Shown: positions 11,093 through 19,958 of the stretch, piece by piece | Layout of the letters: each line of letters begins with the position of its first letter | How positions within the stretch are numbered: position 1 is the stretch's first letter | Assembly: GCA_035637435.1 (NCBI GenBank) | Contig: DASPXD010000231.1 | Coordinates: forward strand, 49,215-113,214 | DNA from: Gemmatimonadales bacterium | GTDB taxonomy: Bacteria; Gemmatimonadota; Gemmatimonadetes; Gemmatimonadales; GWC2-71-9 | DNA: 64,000 bases | Reading direction: 5' to 3' | Notes under the pieces: model-generated | What the model was told of the DNA's origin: nothing | The model's database searches: none | Seen by the model: only the letters and a program-made list of their open reading frames with translations | Position numbers and translations under genes: made by a program

Positions 11093-12341
11093 AGTCTGGG
11101 CCGTGATCCGGCGCGAGTTCGTGGAACGCGTGCGCACCAGGTGGTTTTGGATCTCCGCGATCTTGGGGCCGGTCCTCTTCGGTGGTGTGATCGTCTACCA
11201 GATCATGCAGTCTCTTGGTGGCGCCGTGCGGGATATCGCCGTCGTGGACAGCACCACATCGGCGTTCGGGCAACGGGTCACCGAGGCCGTGGCGGCGAAC
11301 CCCAGCTTCCGAGTGACGCGCGTGCCTGCCGCGCCCGGTGTCGTCGACTCCCTGACCCGTCTCGTGGAATCCAAGCAGCTGAACGGTTTCCTGATCATTT
11401 CGAACGAGCTGAGCGAGACCGGCAAGGCTGAATACCGAGCTTCCAACCTGTCGCTTCAGACGGTTGAAGGCCTCGAGCGGTTGCTGAACAAGGTGGTGGT
11501 GAAAGTGAGGCTGGAGACACGGGGCGTGAATCCGGAAGTCGTGGATTGGGCGCAGGGAATCAGGATTACGCTCGATCAGAAGAAGATCGCACGGGGGCGG
11601 ACGACCACCGAGAGCGCGGGCGAGTCGTTCGTCCTCGCCTATGTAATGGCCGTGCTGCTATTCATGGCGATCCTGCTCTACGGTGTGAACGTCATGAGCT
11701 CGGTTCTGGAAGAAAAGACCACGCGCATCGTCGAGGTGCTCGTATCGTCGCTGCGGCCGTTTCAACTGATGCTGGGGAAAGTGGCCGGGGCGGGCGCGGT
11801 GTCCTTCTTCCAGTTCCTCATCTGGGGCGTCTCCGCACGGCTGCTCATCAGCCTGCGGGTACCCATTGCCCGTCTCCTGGGCGCGGATGCTTCCGCGGCT
11901 CAAGGCATCAAGCTGCCGCACATCCCCTTCGCGACGCTCTCTATCTTCATGGCGTTCTTCCTCGGCGGATTCCTGCTCTACTCGGCGATGTTCGCAGCGG
12001 TGGGGGCGATGTCCAGCAACGAGCAAGAGGCGCGCCAGGCGCAGCAGCCCGTGACCTACTTGCTGATGATCTCGTATCTCTCGATCATCGGACTCACGAA
12101 CGATCCGAGCTCGGCATTCGCCCGCACACTATCGATTGTGCCGTTTACGTCACCGATCGCGACGCCGGTCAGATGGACAGCCGGCAGCATGGGCGCCGGC
12201 GAATTGGCAGGATCGCTGGCGATGCTGGCGATTGGGATTGTCGCAGTTACGTGGATCGCAGCGCGGATCTACAGAGTGGGGATTCTGATGACGGGCAAGC
12301 GCCCGACGATGAAAGAGCTCGTGCGGTGGGTTAGGGCCTAA
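11085..12341 (+). CDS. ABC-2 family transporter permease (NatB-like)
   Basis: N-terminal TM helix, large extracytoplasmic loop, then several hydrophobic helices. In-frame GTG at 11085 overlaps the ATPase stop. The 516-aa ORF-track call is an upstream extension. Confidence 0.8.
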   Translation: MHKVWAVIRREFVERVRTRWFWISAILGPVLFGGVIVYQIMQSLGGAVRDIAVVDSTTSAFGQRVTEAVAANPSFRVTRVPAAPGVVDSLTRLVESKQLNGFLIISNELSETGKAEYRASNLSLQTVEGLERLLNKVVVKVRLETRGVNPEVVDWAQGIRITLDQKKIARGRTTTESAGESFVLAYVMAVLLFMAILLYGVNVMSSVLEEKTTRIVEVLVSSLRPFQLMLGKVAGAGAVSFFQFLIWGVSARLLISLRVPIARLLGADASAAQGIKLPHIPFATLSIFMAFFLGGFLLYSAMFAAVGAMSSNEQEARQAQQPVTYLLMISYLSIIGLTNDPSSAFARTLSIVPFTSPIATPVRWTAGSMGAGELAGSLAMLAIGIVAVTWIAARIYRVGILMTGKRPTMKELVRWVRA

Positions 12342-12457
12342 CTGCTTAGGACATGCAAAAACCTAGACGCACCGACGCACCGCGGGGTCGAGTAAACGGG
12401 ATACGGGACGAGATAAAATGATTCGGTGATTGGCCGTCCACCGGTTATCCTGGCGTC

Positions 12458-12835
12458 ATGCCTATCCATCACACCCTCAAAGCTTGGCAATTCGCCGAAA
12501 GATTGGCCGTCGAGTGCTCGAAAGCTGCTCAACGGTTCCCGGATTTCGAGCAGGAGAGACTCGCGGATCAACTTCGAAGAGCATCGTACAGCGTACCACT
12601 CAATATTGCCGAGGGGGCGACGAAAAAGGGGACGAGGGATTACCGCAAGTATCTCGATATAGCGTGGGGTTCACTCGCCGAAGTACAAACCGGACTCACC
12701 CTGGCTCGTGACATCGGCTATCTCCGGCCGGCGGAGTACGGACGCTTAGAGGCCCTAGCAACGGAAACCAGCAAGACATTGTTTGGTTTGCTTCGAAAAA
12801 TCAGTCAGGCGGCCGATCGTCCCAAACCCCGTTGA
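12458..12835 (+). CDS. Four-helix-bundle protein (23S rRNA intervening-sequence protein / Avd family)
   Basis: 125 aa with the family pattern ...QLRRASYSVPLNIAEGATKKGTRDYRKYLDIAWGSLAEVQT.L.LA. GC is clearly lower than in the neighbouring genes. Confidence 0.85.
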   Translation: MPIHHTLKAWQFAERLAVECSKAAQRFPDFEQERLADQLRRASYSVPLNIAEGATKKGTRDYRKYLDIAWGSLAEVQTGLTLARDIGYLRPAEYGRLEALATETSKTLFGLLRKISQAADRPKPR

Positions 12836-12898
12836 CTGTGACCCGCGGCTGCGTCTGTAGCCTAGCCTTTGCAGGTCCTGAGTTAGTAGTTTCTCGCC

Positions 12899-14770
12899 AT
12901 GCCTGACTATGACGTAATCGTCGTTGGCGGCGGCCACGCCGGCACCGAAGCCGCTGCCATGTCGGCTCGCCTCGGCGCACGGACTCTGCTGCTCACTTCG
13001 GTCCTGGATACGATCGGGCAGATGTCCTGCAATCCCGCCATCGGCGGCATTGCCAAGGGTACCGTCGTCCGCGAGGTCGATGCTCTCGGTGGCCTCATGG
13101 GCCGTGCCGCCGATCGGGCCACCATTCAATTCCGCATGCTCAATCGCTCCAAGGGCCCCGCCGTCTGGGCTCCGCGCGCCCAGGCCGATCGGACGCTCTA
13201 CCGTCGCGCCGTGCGCGCATTGCTCGAGCAATTCCCTTCCCTCGAGCTGACGCAGGGCATGGTCACAAATCTGCTCCTCGACGAGCGAGGGACTCAGATC
13301 ACCGGCGTCGAAACGGGAGACGGCCGTCGCTTCGACGCGCGCGCCGTCATCATCACGGCCGGCACCTTCCTGCGCGGTCGCATCCACCTTGGCACCGATA
13401 CCCAAATCCCCGCGGGTCGGGCGGGCGACGCGCCCTCCGTTCAGATGGCGCAAGTCATTGCGAATATTGGACTTACAGTCGCGCGCTTCAAGACCGGCAC
13501 GCCGCCGCGCATCGATGGCCGCTCCGTCAACTGGAGTAAGGTCGAGCGTCAGGACGGCGACGGCGACGAGTTTCGATTCTCCTTCCATGAGCGAGTGGAG
13601 CGGCCACGGCAGGTGCCCTGCTGGATCACGTGGGCTGGCGAAGAGGTGAAGGAAATCATCCAGCAGCATCTGAAGGAATCTGCGTTGTACGGCGGCGCGA
13701 TCAGCGGGCGCGGGCCGCGCTATTGTCCCTCGGTCGAAGACAAGATCGTGAAGTTCCCGGCGGCCAAGCGCCACCAGATCTTTCTCGAGCCGGAGGGGCT
13801 CGACACGACGGAGTTGTACGTGAACGGGCTCTCCACTTCCCTGCCCGTAGCCGTCCAGCTCGAGTTCCTGCACGCCGTCCCCGGCCTCGAGCGCGCGAAG
13901 ATGACGCGCCCCGGGTATGCGATCGAGTACGACTACTATCCCCCCACCCAGCTCACGCCGTGGCTCGAGGTGAAGACGGTCGAGCACCTGTTCTTCGCGG
14001 GACAGATCAACGGGACGACGGGTTACGAGGAAGCGGCGGGACAAGGCGTCATCGCCGGCATCAATGCGGTGCGGCGGATCCGCGGCGCCGAGCCGGTCGT
14101 GCTCGGTCGGGACGACGCCTACATCGGTGTGCTGGTCGACGACCTCGTGACCCGCGGCGTTGACGAGCCATACCGGCTCTTCACGTCGCGCTCCGAGTTC
14201 CGGCTGCTGCTGCGCCAGGACAATGCGCTGCGCCGGCTGCTGCCGCTCGCCGATCGCCTTGGCCTGCTGTCTGATGGCGAGCTCCGAGCGGCGGAATGCC
14301 GGCTCGAGGCGGAGGAGTCGGTATTGCACCTGGCGCGTGAGACGACTATCACGCCGGCTCAGGCCGGCGCGGCGCTCGCGGCAAGCGGCACTGGTTTGAC
14401 GGAGACCGACCGCATCGCCGTCGTCGCGAAGCGACCGGGTGTCTCACTCGGCGCGTTGCTCACGGCGGCTGGGGTCGGGGGTGGCGCGCCCGCGGATGCC
14501 GTTCTCGCCGCGGAGATCGAGATCAAGTATGACGGGTACCTGGCACGCGAGCGCGACGCTGCGGCGCGACTGGCCGAGCTGGCGTCGTTCACCCTGCCGG
14601 CTGACATGCCCTACCTCGAGCTGCGCACCTTGGCCACGGAAGCTCGGCAAAAGCTCGATCGCGTGCGTCCCACATCACTCGCGCAAGCGGCGCGGGTTCC
14701 TGGCGTCACGCCCAGCGATCTTCACAACCTCGTGTTGGAGGCGACGCGCTGGCGTCGCCGAGTGGCTTAG
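12899..14770 (+). CDS. mnmG: tRNA uridine 5-carboxymethylaminomethyl modification enzyme MnmG (GidA)
   Basis: 623 aa with FAD motif YDVIVVGGGHAGTEAA and MnmG-like sequence throughout. Confidence 0.95.
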   Translation: MPDYDVIVVGGGHAGTEAAAMSARLGARTLLLTSVLDTIGQMSCNPAIGGIAKGTVVREVDALGGLMGRAADRATIQFRMLNRSKGPAVWAPRAQADRTLYRRAVRALLEQFPSLELTQGMVTNLLLDERGTQITGVETGDGRRFDARAVIITAGTFLRGRIHLGTDTQIPAGRAGDAPSVQMAQVIANIGLTVARFKTGTPPRIDGRSVNWSKVERQDGDGDEFRFSFHERVERPRQVPCWITWAGEEVKEIIQQHLKESALYGGAISGRGPRYCPSVEDKIVKFPAAKRHQIFLEPEGLDTTELYVNGLSTSLPVAVQLEFLHAVPGLERAKMTRPGYAIEYDYYPPTQLTPWLEVKTVEHLFFAGQINGTTGYEEAAGQGVIAGINAVRRIRGAEPVVLGRDDAYIGVLVDDLVTRGVDEPYRLFTSRSEFRLLLRQDNALRRLLPLADRLGLLSDGELRAAECRLEAEESVLHLARETTITPAQAGAALAASGTGLTETDRIAVVAKRPGVSLGALLTAAGVGGGAPADAVLAAEIEIKYDGYLARERDAAARLAELASFTLPADMPYLELRTLATEARQKLDRVRPTSLAQAARVPGVTPSDLHNLVLEATRWRRRVA

Positions 14771-14785
14771 GGCGCGCATCGTTGC

Positions 14786-14801
14786 AGTTTCACGTGAAAC
14801 T
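14786..14801. promoter_or_regulatory. parS centromere-like site 1
   Basis: AGTTTCACGTGAAACT is a perfect 16-bp palindrome with the canonical parS core GTTTCACGTGAAAC. Confidence 0.85.
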
Positions 14802-14811
14802 TACGCTCTTC

Positions 14812-14827
14812 CGTTTCACGTGAAACG
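14812..14827. promoter_or_regulatory. parS centromere-like site 2
   Basis: CGTTTCACGTGAAACG is a perfect 16-bp palindrome, centred 26 bp from site 1. Confidence 0.85.
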
Positions 14828-14890
14828 AACGTATATTGGACGCGCCATAATTATTTAGCTGCATAAATCATTATAAATCAACGAGTTATA

Positions 14891-15718
14891 ATGTCGCGTG
14901 TAATCGCTATCGCGAACCAGAAAGGCGGCGTCGGTAAAACGACGACGGCCGTGAACCTCGCGGCCTCTCTGGCGATCGCCGAGCGCAAGACGCTGCTCAT
15001 TGATGCGGATCCGCAGGGCAACTCGACGAGCGGCGTCGGGATCGAGCGCGACCGCATCCGTCATTCGCTCTATGACGCGCTCATCGACGGCGCTGCGTTG
15101 ACCCAGTCGCGTTTCCCGCACGTGCACTTTCCTTATCTCGACGTCGTTCCCGCGACTCAGGACCTGGTCGGCGCCGAGCTGGAGCTCGTCAACCAGCGCT
15201 CGCGCGAGACCCGCATGCGCGATGCGCTGCAGGATGTCCGCGGCGAGTACACCTACGTCATCATCGATTGCCCGCCGTCGCTTGGCCTCATCACGCTGAA
15301 CATGCTGACCGCGGCCGACAGCGTCGTCATCCCGATCCAGTGCGAGTACTACGCGCTCGAAGGACTCTCGCAGCTCCTCAACACCGTAAAGTTGGTGCAG
15401 CGCAATTTCAATCCCACGCTCGCCATCGAAGGCGTGTTGCTGACGATGTACGACGCCCGCCTCAATCTCTGCAAGCAGGTCGCTGAGGAAGCGAAGGAGT
15501 ATTTCGGCGGCCGGATGTTCGCCGTGACCATTCCGCGGAACGTGCGCCTAGCGGAAGCGCCAAGCTTTGGAAAGCCGATCGTGCTGTATGACGTGCAGTC
15601 GGTGGGAGCGAAGAGCTACCTGGCGGTCGCACAGGAGCTGATTCGCCGGGTCGAGCAGGACGCTCCACCGTCCCCAAGCCTCCCCGCAATTGAACAGGTG
15701 CCGGAGGTACCCGCATGA
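14891..15718 (+). CDS. parA: Chromosome partitioning ATPase ParA (Soj)
   Basis: Deviant Walker [12 protein letters not shown] and ParA-like sequence throughout. Confidence 0.95.
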   Translation: MSRVIAIANQKGGVGKTTTAVNLAASLAIAERKTLLIDADPQGNSTSGVGIERDRIRHSLYDALIDGAALTQSRFPHVHFPYLDVVPATQDLVGAELELVNQRSRETRMRDALQDVRGEYTYVIIDCPPSLGLITLNMLTAADSVVIPIQCEYYALEGLSQLLNTVKLVQRNFNPTLAIEGVLLTMYDARLNLCKQVAEEAKEYFGGRMFAVTIPRNVRLAEAPSFGKPIVLYDVQSVGAKSYLAVAQELIRRVEQDAPPSPSLPAIEQVPEVPA

Positions 15719-16608
15719 GACAAACTGCGGCAGGAGGACGCCGCCTCGGGCGGGGGCTCGAAGCGCTGCTCGGGCCGACCCGGGAGGAAGCAGAACGGGA
15801 AGGGAGTTTGGTCGAGCTGCCCATCAAGGACATCCGGCCCAACCCGTTCCAACCCCGGAAGACCGTCGACCCCACCGCGCTGGAGGAGCTGGTCTCATCG
15901 ATCAAGCAGGCGGGATTGCTGCAACCGATCGTGGTGCGCCGCGCGAATGGTGGGGCGACGGGATTCGAGCTGATCGCCGGCGAGCGGCGGCTGCGGGCCT
16001 GCCAGCAGCTGGGATGGGAACGCATCCCTGCCGTACAGCGTGACGCTGATGACCGTACGCTCCTCACGCTGGCGCTGATCGAGAACCTGCAGCGCGACGA
16101 CCTGTCGCCCGTAGACGAAGCGCGCGGGTACGAGCGGCTCATTGCGGAGTTCAAGCTGGCCCAGCAGGATGTCGCCGACGCCGTGGGCCGCGACCGCTCG
16201 ACCGTCGCCAACGCGCTGCGTCTCCTGAAGCTTCCCGAAGACGTGTTGCAGCTGCTGCACGAAGGCCAGCTGTCGGTTGGTCACGCACGCGCGCTGCTCG
16301 CGATCGAGGATTCGCGCGTCGTCACGAACCTCGCGCGCGAGGCGGTTGCCCAAGGCCTGTCGGTGCGCGAAGTGGAGGATCGGGTGCGCGGCGGGCGCGC
16401 ACCCGAGCGCCGTCCGCGCATGAAGCGCGGCATGGGCGCCGCCCCCGAAGTCCGCAGGGTCGAGGACGCACTGCGTCGCCGTCTCGGGACCGATGTACGC
16501 GTTAGCTTGCGCGCGAAGGGCAAAGGGCAGATTCACGTGTCGTTCTACTCGAACGACGATCTCGCGCGGTTGCTCGAGCTGATCCTCGGCGCGCCATTCG
16601 ACGGATGA
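15715..16608 (+). CDS. parB: Chromosome partitioning protein ParB (Spo0J)
   Basis: ParB boxes [18 protein letters not shown] and [16 protein letters not shown] overlap with parA. Confidence 0.95.
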   Translation: MRQTAAGGRRLGRGLEALLGPTREEAEREGSLVELPIKDIRPNPFQPRKTVDPTALEELVSSIKQAGLLQPIVVRRANGGATGFELIAGERRLRACQQLGWERIPAVQRDADDRTLLTLALIENLQRDDLSPVDEARGYERLIAEFKLAQQDVADAVGRDRSTVANALRLLKLPEDVLQLLHEGQLSVGHARALLAIEDSRVVTNLAREAVAQGLSVREVEDRVRGGRAPERRPRMKRGMGAAPEVRRVEDALRRRLGTDVRVSLRAKGKGQIHVSFYSNDDLARLLELILGAPFDG

Positions 16609-17462
16609 CGAGGGACACGAAGAAGACCAAAGGGACTCGCGGCGTCACGATCGTCGTCCATGCCGACGGCGATCTCGAGTCCAAGCAGTACCGTTTCCCA
16701 CGCTGGGCGGTGATGGCGGGGAAGTGGGGCGCCGGCGCGATTGCCGTGTCGATCGTGTTGTTCTTCGCGTTCGCAGGGCCGATCACGCGCAACGCGTTAC
16801 GTGTGCCAGGACTCGAGCGCGAAGTCTCCCGGCTTCGCGTCGAGAACAGTCGTGTACAGCAACTCGCGTCGGCGTTGAATCGCGCCGAAGCGAACTACCA
16901 GGAGCTGCGCCAAATGCTCGGCGTGAAAGCTCCTCCCGTCTCCCGCACCGCTGGCGGCGGGGGGGGCGGGGGAGGGACCGTGGCTCGCAGCACCGATTTC
17001 ACGACGACCATGCGCGCCGTGCCGATTCGGGCGGTGTTGCCGGGTGCTGCCACTCGCTATGAAACGGGCCCGTCGGCACCATCGCACTGGCCCCTCGATG
17101 TCCAGGGGTTTGTCACTCGCGGCCAGGTTCGGCCCGGAGTGGTCGACGAATCCCACCCCGGTATCGATATCGCTGTCCCGCTCGGGACGCCGGTCCGGGC
17201 ATCGGGGGGAGGCTCGGTGACGGCGGCAGGGTACGATGTCGATTACGGCTTGTTCGTCCTCTTGCGGCATCCGTCCGGGTATGAGACGATGTATGGTCAC
17301 ATGTCACGGCTCATTGCAGCCGAGGGCGACGATGTTCAGGCCGGTGAAGTCATTGGGCTATCAGGAAACTCGGGGCGGTCAACGGCACCGCACCTGCACT
17401 TTGAGATTCGAAGGGACAACAAGACAGTCGATCCGCTGGACCTCGTGAAGGAGGGACGCTGA
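16605..17462 (+). CDS. M23 (LytM-domain) family metallopeptidase with N-terminal TM helix, coiled coil and poly-Gly linker
   Basis: HPGIDIAVPLGTPV and GNSGRSTAPHLHFEIR motifs. ATGA overlap with parB. Confidence 0.9.
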   Translation: MTRDTKKTKGTRGVTIVVHADGDLESKQYRFPRWAVMAGKWGAGAIAVSIVLFFAFAGPITRNALRVPGLEREVSRLRVENSRVQQLASALNRAEANYQELRQMLGVKAPPVSRTAGGGGGGGGTVARSTDFTTTMRAVPIRAVLPGAATRYETGPSAPSHWPLDVQGFVTRGQVRPGVVDESHPGIDIAVPLGTPVRASGGGSVTAAGYDVDYGLFVLLRHPSGYETMYGHMSRLIAAEGDDVQAGEVIGLSGNSGRSTAPHLHFEIRRDNKTVDPLDLVKEGR

Positions 17463-17887
17463 TGGCGGTGTTTTCAGATAAAAACGCAACACCCGGCGGC
17501 GGGCGTGAGGGCGTTCCCGGACTATCGATCATCGGCGCCGGAATGCGCGTCGTCGGTGACATCTCGGCCGACGGCGTCGTGAAGATCGAGGGATCCGTGA
17601 ACGGCACGGTCCGCGCCGCCAAGCAGGTCCTCGTCGCGAGGGGCGGGGAAGTCGAAGGCGACGTCGTCAGCCGCGAGGCCATCATCGGCGGGGAAGTGCG
17701 TGGCGCCATCTACGCGGAAGAACGCGTCGAGCTGCAGGCCACGAGCGTCGTCCACGGTGATGTGCATACCAAACGTCTCTTGATTCAAGAAGGCGGAGAG
17801 ATCAACGGCGTACTTCGAATGGGAGAAGACGCTGGTCAGCCGCCGCAGGTTGCTCAGCGCACTGGCCAAGCCTTGGCTCGAGTATAA
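17462..17887 (+). CDS. Bactofilin (polymer-forming cytoskeletal protein)
   Basis: 141 aa with repetitive beta-helix pattern G.V.G.V....V.I...G.V.G typical of the bactofilin domain. TGATG junction with the M23 gene. Confidence 0.85.
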   Translation: MAVFSDKNATPGGGREGVPGLSIIGAGMRVVGDISADGVVKIEGSVNGTVRAAKQVLVARGGEVEGDVVSREAIIGGEVRGAIYAEERVELQATSVVHGDVHTKRLLIQEGGEINGVLRMGEDAGQPPQVAQRTGQALARV

Positions 17888-17892
17888 GAGAT

Positions 17893-17923
17893 ATCCACAC
17901 GGCGGCTGGGACTCCGTGTGGAT
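17893..17923 (+). terminator. Stem-loop after the bactofilin gene (possible terminator; also a DnaA-box-like inverted pair)
   Basis: ATCCACACGG (17893-17902) pairs with CCGTGTGGAT (17914-17923) across an 11-nt loop. No clear T-tract follows. Confidence 0.35.
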
Positions 17924-18013
17924 TGTCTAACTAGTTATGTTATAACGCGTTATCTAACAACCCAATGTGGAAAGTTGTCCGGCTGCTGCGATACTGTGCT
18001 TACGGTGTCTTAA

Positions 18014-18769
18014 GTGCGCCTAGACAGTTTGGTCCGTTTTCTCGACGACTACCTTCGGATCGCCGAGGAGGTCGCTGACGCGCCCGAGGCCCTGAACGGC
18101 TTGCAGGTCAGCAACTCGGGCGACGTGAGCCGGCTGGCCGCTGCAGTCGACGTCTGCGAGGCGACCGTCCGGCAAGCCACGGAGCAGCACGCCGACTGCC
18201 TGCTGGTCCATCACGGAATGTTTTGGGGTGGTCTCAGGCCGCTTGTTGGTCCCGCCTATCGTCGCCTTGCAGGACTGATCAAAGGAAACATCGCGCTCTA
18301 CGCTGCGCACCTGCCGCTCGATCGTCATCCCGTCGTCGGCAACAACACCGTGCTGGCACGCCTGCTCGGAATCACGGTGCGCGGCGAGTTCGGGTCGTAT
18401 CACGGAGCGCCCATCGGCGTCTGGGGTGAATACGCCGGTAAACGGGAGGAGCTGAGTTGGGCGCTGACGAAGGCACTCGGAACGGCGCCGCGGTTATTCC
18501 CGTTCGGGCCCGAGCGCGTGCAGCGCGTCGGCATCGTGACCGGGGCGGGAGGCGCGCTGATCCCACAGGCCGCGGCTGCGGGACTCGATAGCTACGTCAC
18601 CGGAGAAGGGCAGCACTGGACGTTTTTCGACGGCGAGGAGCTCGGCGTCAACGTGTTCTATGCGGGCCATTACGCAACCGAGACCGTCGGCGTCAAGGCG
18701 TTAGCCGAGCACGTTGCCAAGACGTTCGATTTACCCTGGGTGTTTCTGGATCATCCCACGGGGTTGTGA
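18014..18769 (+). CDS. Nif3-like dinuclear metal centre protein (YbgI/NIF3 family)
   Basis: 251 aa with the N-terminal pattern L..FLD.....E..D....NGLQV and LLVHHGMFWGG. GTG start. Confidence 0.85.
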   Translation: MRLDSLVRFLDDYLRIAEEVADAPEALNGLQVSNSGDVSRLAAAVDVCEATVRQATEQHADCLLVHHGMFWGGLRPLVGPAYRRLAGLIKGNIALYAAHLPLDRHPVVGNNTVLARLLGITVRGEFGSYHGAPIGVWGEYAGKREELSWALTKALGTAPRLFPFGPERVQRVGIVTGAGGALIPQAAAAGLDSYVTGEGQHWTFFDGEELGVNVFYAGHYATETVGVKALAEHVAKTFDLPWVFLDHPTGL

Positions 18770-19950
18770 GCCCGCGGCGCGTGTTGGCGGTCCTGGCCGC
18801 CGCCGAGTTGCTCGCGATGGCTCCGTGGTTCAGTGCTTCCGCCGTTGCTCCCACCCTGGTGCGCGTTTGGCAGCTCTCACCCACCACCACTGCGTGGCTC
18901 ACGATCTCAGTGCAGCTGGGGTTCGTCGCCGGCGCGTTGGTGAGCGCTGTTCTCACGCTCGCCGATCGTTTGTCCGCCCGGCGTCTGGTCGCCGGCTCCG
19001 CTGGGCTCGCCGCAGTCGCCACAATCGGCGTGGCGGCCGCGCCGAGTATCACACTGGGAATCGCCTGCCGGCTGCTCACCGGCGCTGCACTCGCGGGCGT
19101 GTATCCGCCTGGGATGAAGATCGCGGCCGGCTGGTTTAAAGAAGGAAGAGGGCTCGCCATCGGGATTCTGGTCGGCGCGCTTACGCTGGGGTCGGCGAGT
19201 CCACATCTGGTTCGCTGGGCGGTATCGCCGGCCGCGTGGCGCTGGGTTTTGGTCGTCGCCGCGGTGAGCGCGGTCGCAGGAGGCCTCCTGGTCCTCCTCG
19301 TTCCTAATGACGGTCCATACGCCGCCCCATCGCCACCGTTTTCCCTCGCCGCCGCTCCGCGGATTCTAAAAGACCGCGCGGTCACGCTCGCGAACCTCGG
19401 CTATCTCGGTCACATGTGGGAGCTGTATGCGATGTGGACGTGGATGGCCGTCTTCGTCGCTGCCAGCGAGCGCGCGCGGCGCGGCGCCGACGCCGATGTC
19501 ACCGGGCTCGCCGCGCTCGTCACGTTCGCCGTCGTCGGCAGCGGCGCGATCGGATGCTGGCTGGGCGGCAAGTACGGAGACCGCTGGGGACGCTCGGTCG
19601 TGACCAGCGTTGCGATGGCGGTGTCGGGAAGCTGTTCTCTCGCTGTCGGCCTGCTGTACGGAGCGCCTCTGCTTCTGCTGTTTCCCCTGCTCCTATTGTG
19701 GGGCATCACGGTCGTCGCCGACTCGGCGCAGTTTTCCGCCGCGGTCACTGAGCTCGCGCCGCGCGACTACGTCGGCACTGCGCTCACCCTGCAAACGAGC
19801 CTCGGCTTTCTGCTGACGTGCGCGACGATCTATCTGCTCCCGATCGTCGCCGCCACGATCGGTTGGCGATGGAGCATGAGCGTGTTGGCGATCGGACCGG
19901 CACTCGGGATTTGGGCGATGCTCACTCTGAGACAGCGCACCGGCCTGTAG
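18766..19950 (+). CDS. MFS transporter
   Basis: 394 aa with about 12 hydrophobic segments. GTGA overlap with the NIF3 gene. Confidence 0.8.
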   Translation: MSPRRVLAVLAAAELLAMAPWFSASAVAPTLVRVWQLSPTTTAWLTISVQLGFVAGALVSAVLTLADRLSARRLVAGSAGLAAVATIGVAAAPSITLGIACRLLTGAALAGVYPPGMKIAAGWFKEGRGLAIGILVGALTLGSASPHLVRWAVSPAAWRWVLVVAAVSAVAGGLLVLLVPNDGPYAAPSPPFSLAAAPRILKDRAVTLANLGYLGHMWELYAMWTWMAVFVAASERARRGADADVTGLAALVTFAVVGSGAIGCWLGGKYGDRWGRSVVTSVAMAVSGSCSLAVGLLYGAPLLLLFPLLLLWGITVVADSAQFSAAVTELAPRDYVGTALTLQTSLGFLLTCATIYLLPIVAATIGWRWSMSVLAIGPALGIWAMLTLRQRTGL

Positions 19951-19958
19951 CGGGAGTG

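Noticed and set aside
12458-12835. Four-helix-bundle gene as part of a diversity-generating retroelement
   Set aside because: Avd homologues accompany DGRs, but no reverse transcriptase gene and no template/variable repeat pair is visible within several kb on either side.
12755-14329. 524-aa ORF antisense to mnmG
   Set aside because: It lies entirely within and opposite a clearly recognisable mnmG. It is Arg/Ala/Gly-rich and low in complexity, as is typical of stop-free antisense frames in high-GC DNA.
16959-16966. G8 run in the M23 peptidase gene, and G5/C5 runs at ~36963-36976 and ~63077-63110, as phase-variation sites
   Set aside because: These are short, mid-gene and encode Gly linkers, which are common in high-GC genomes. 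Only the longer tracts at 31026-31041 and 62737-62760 seemed worth reporting.
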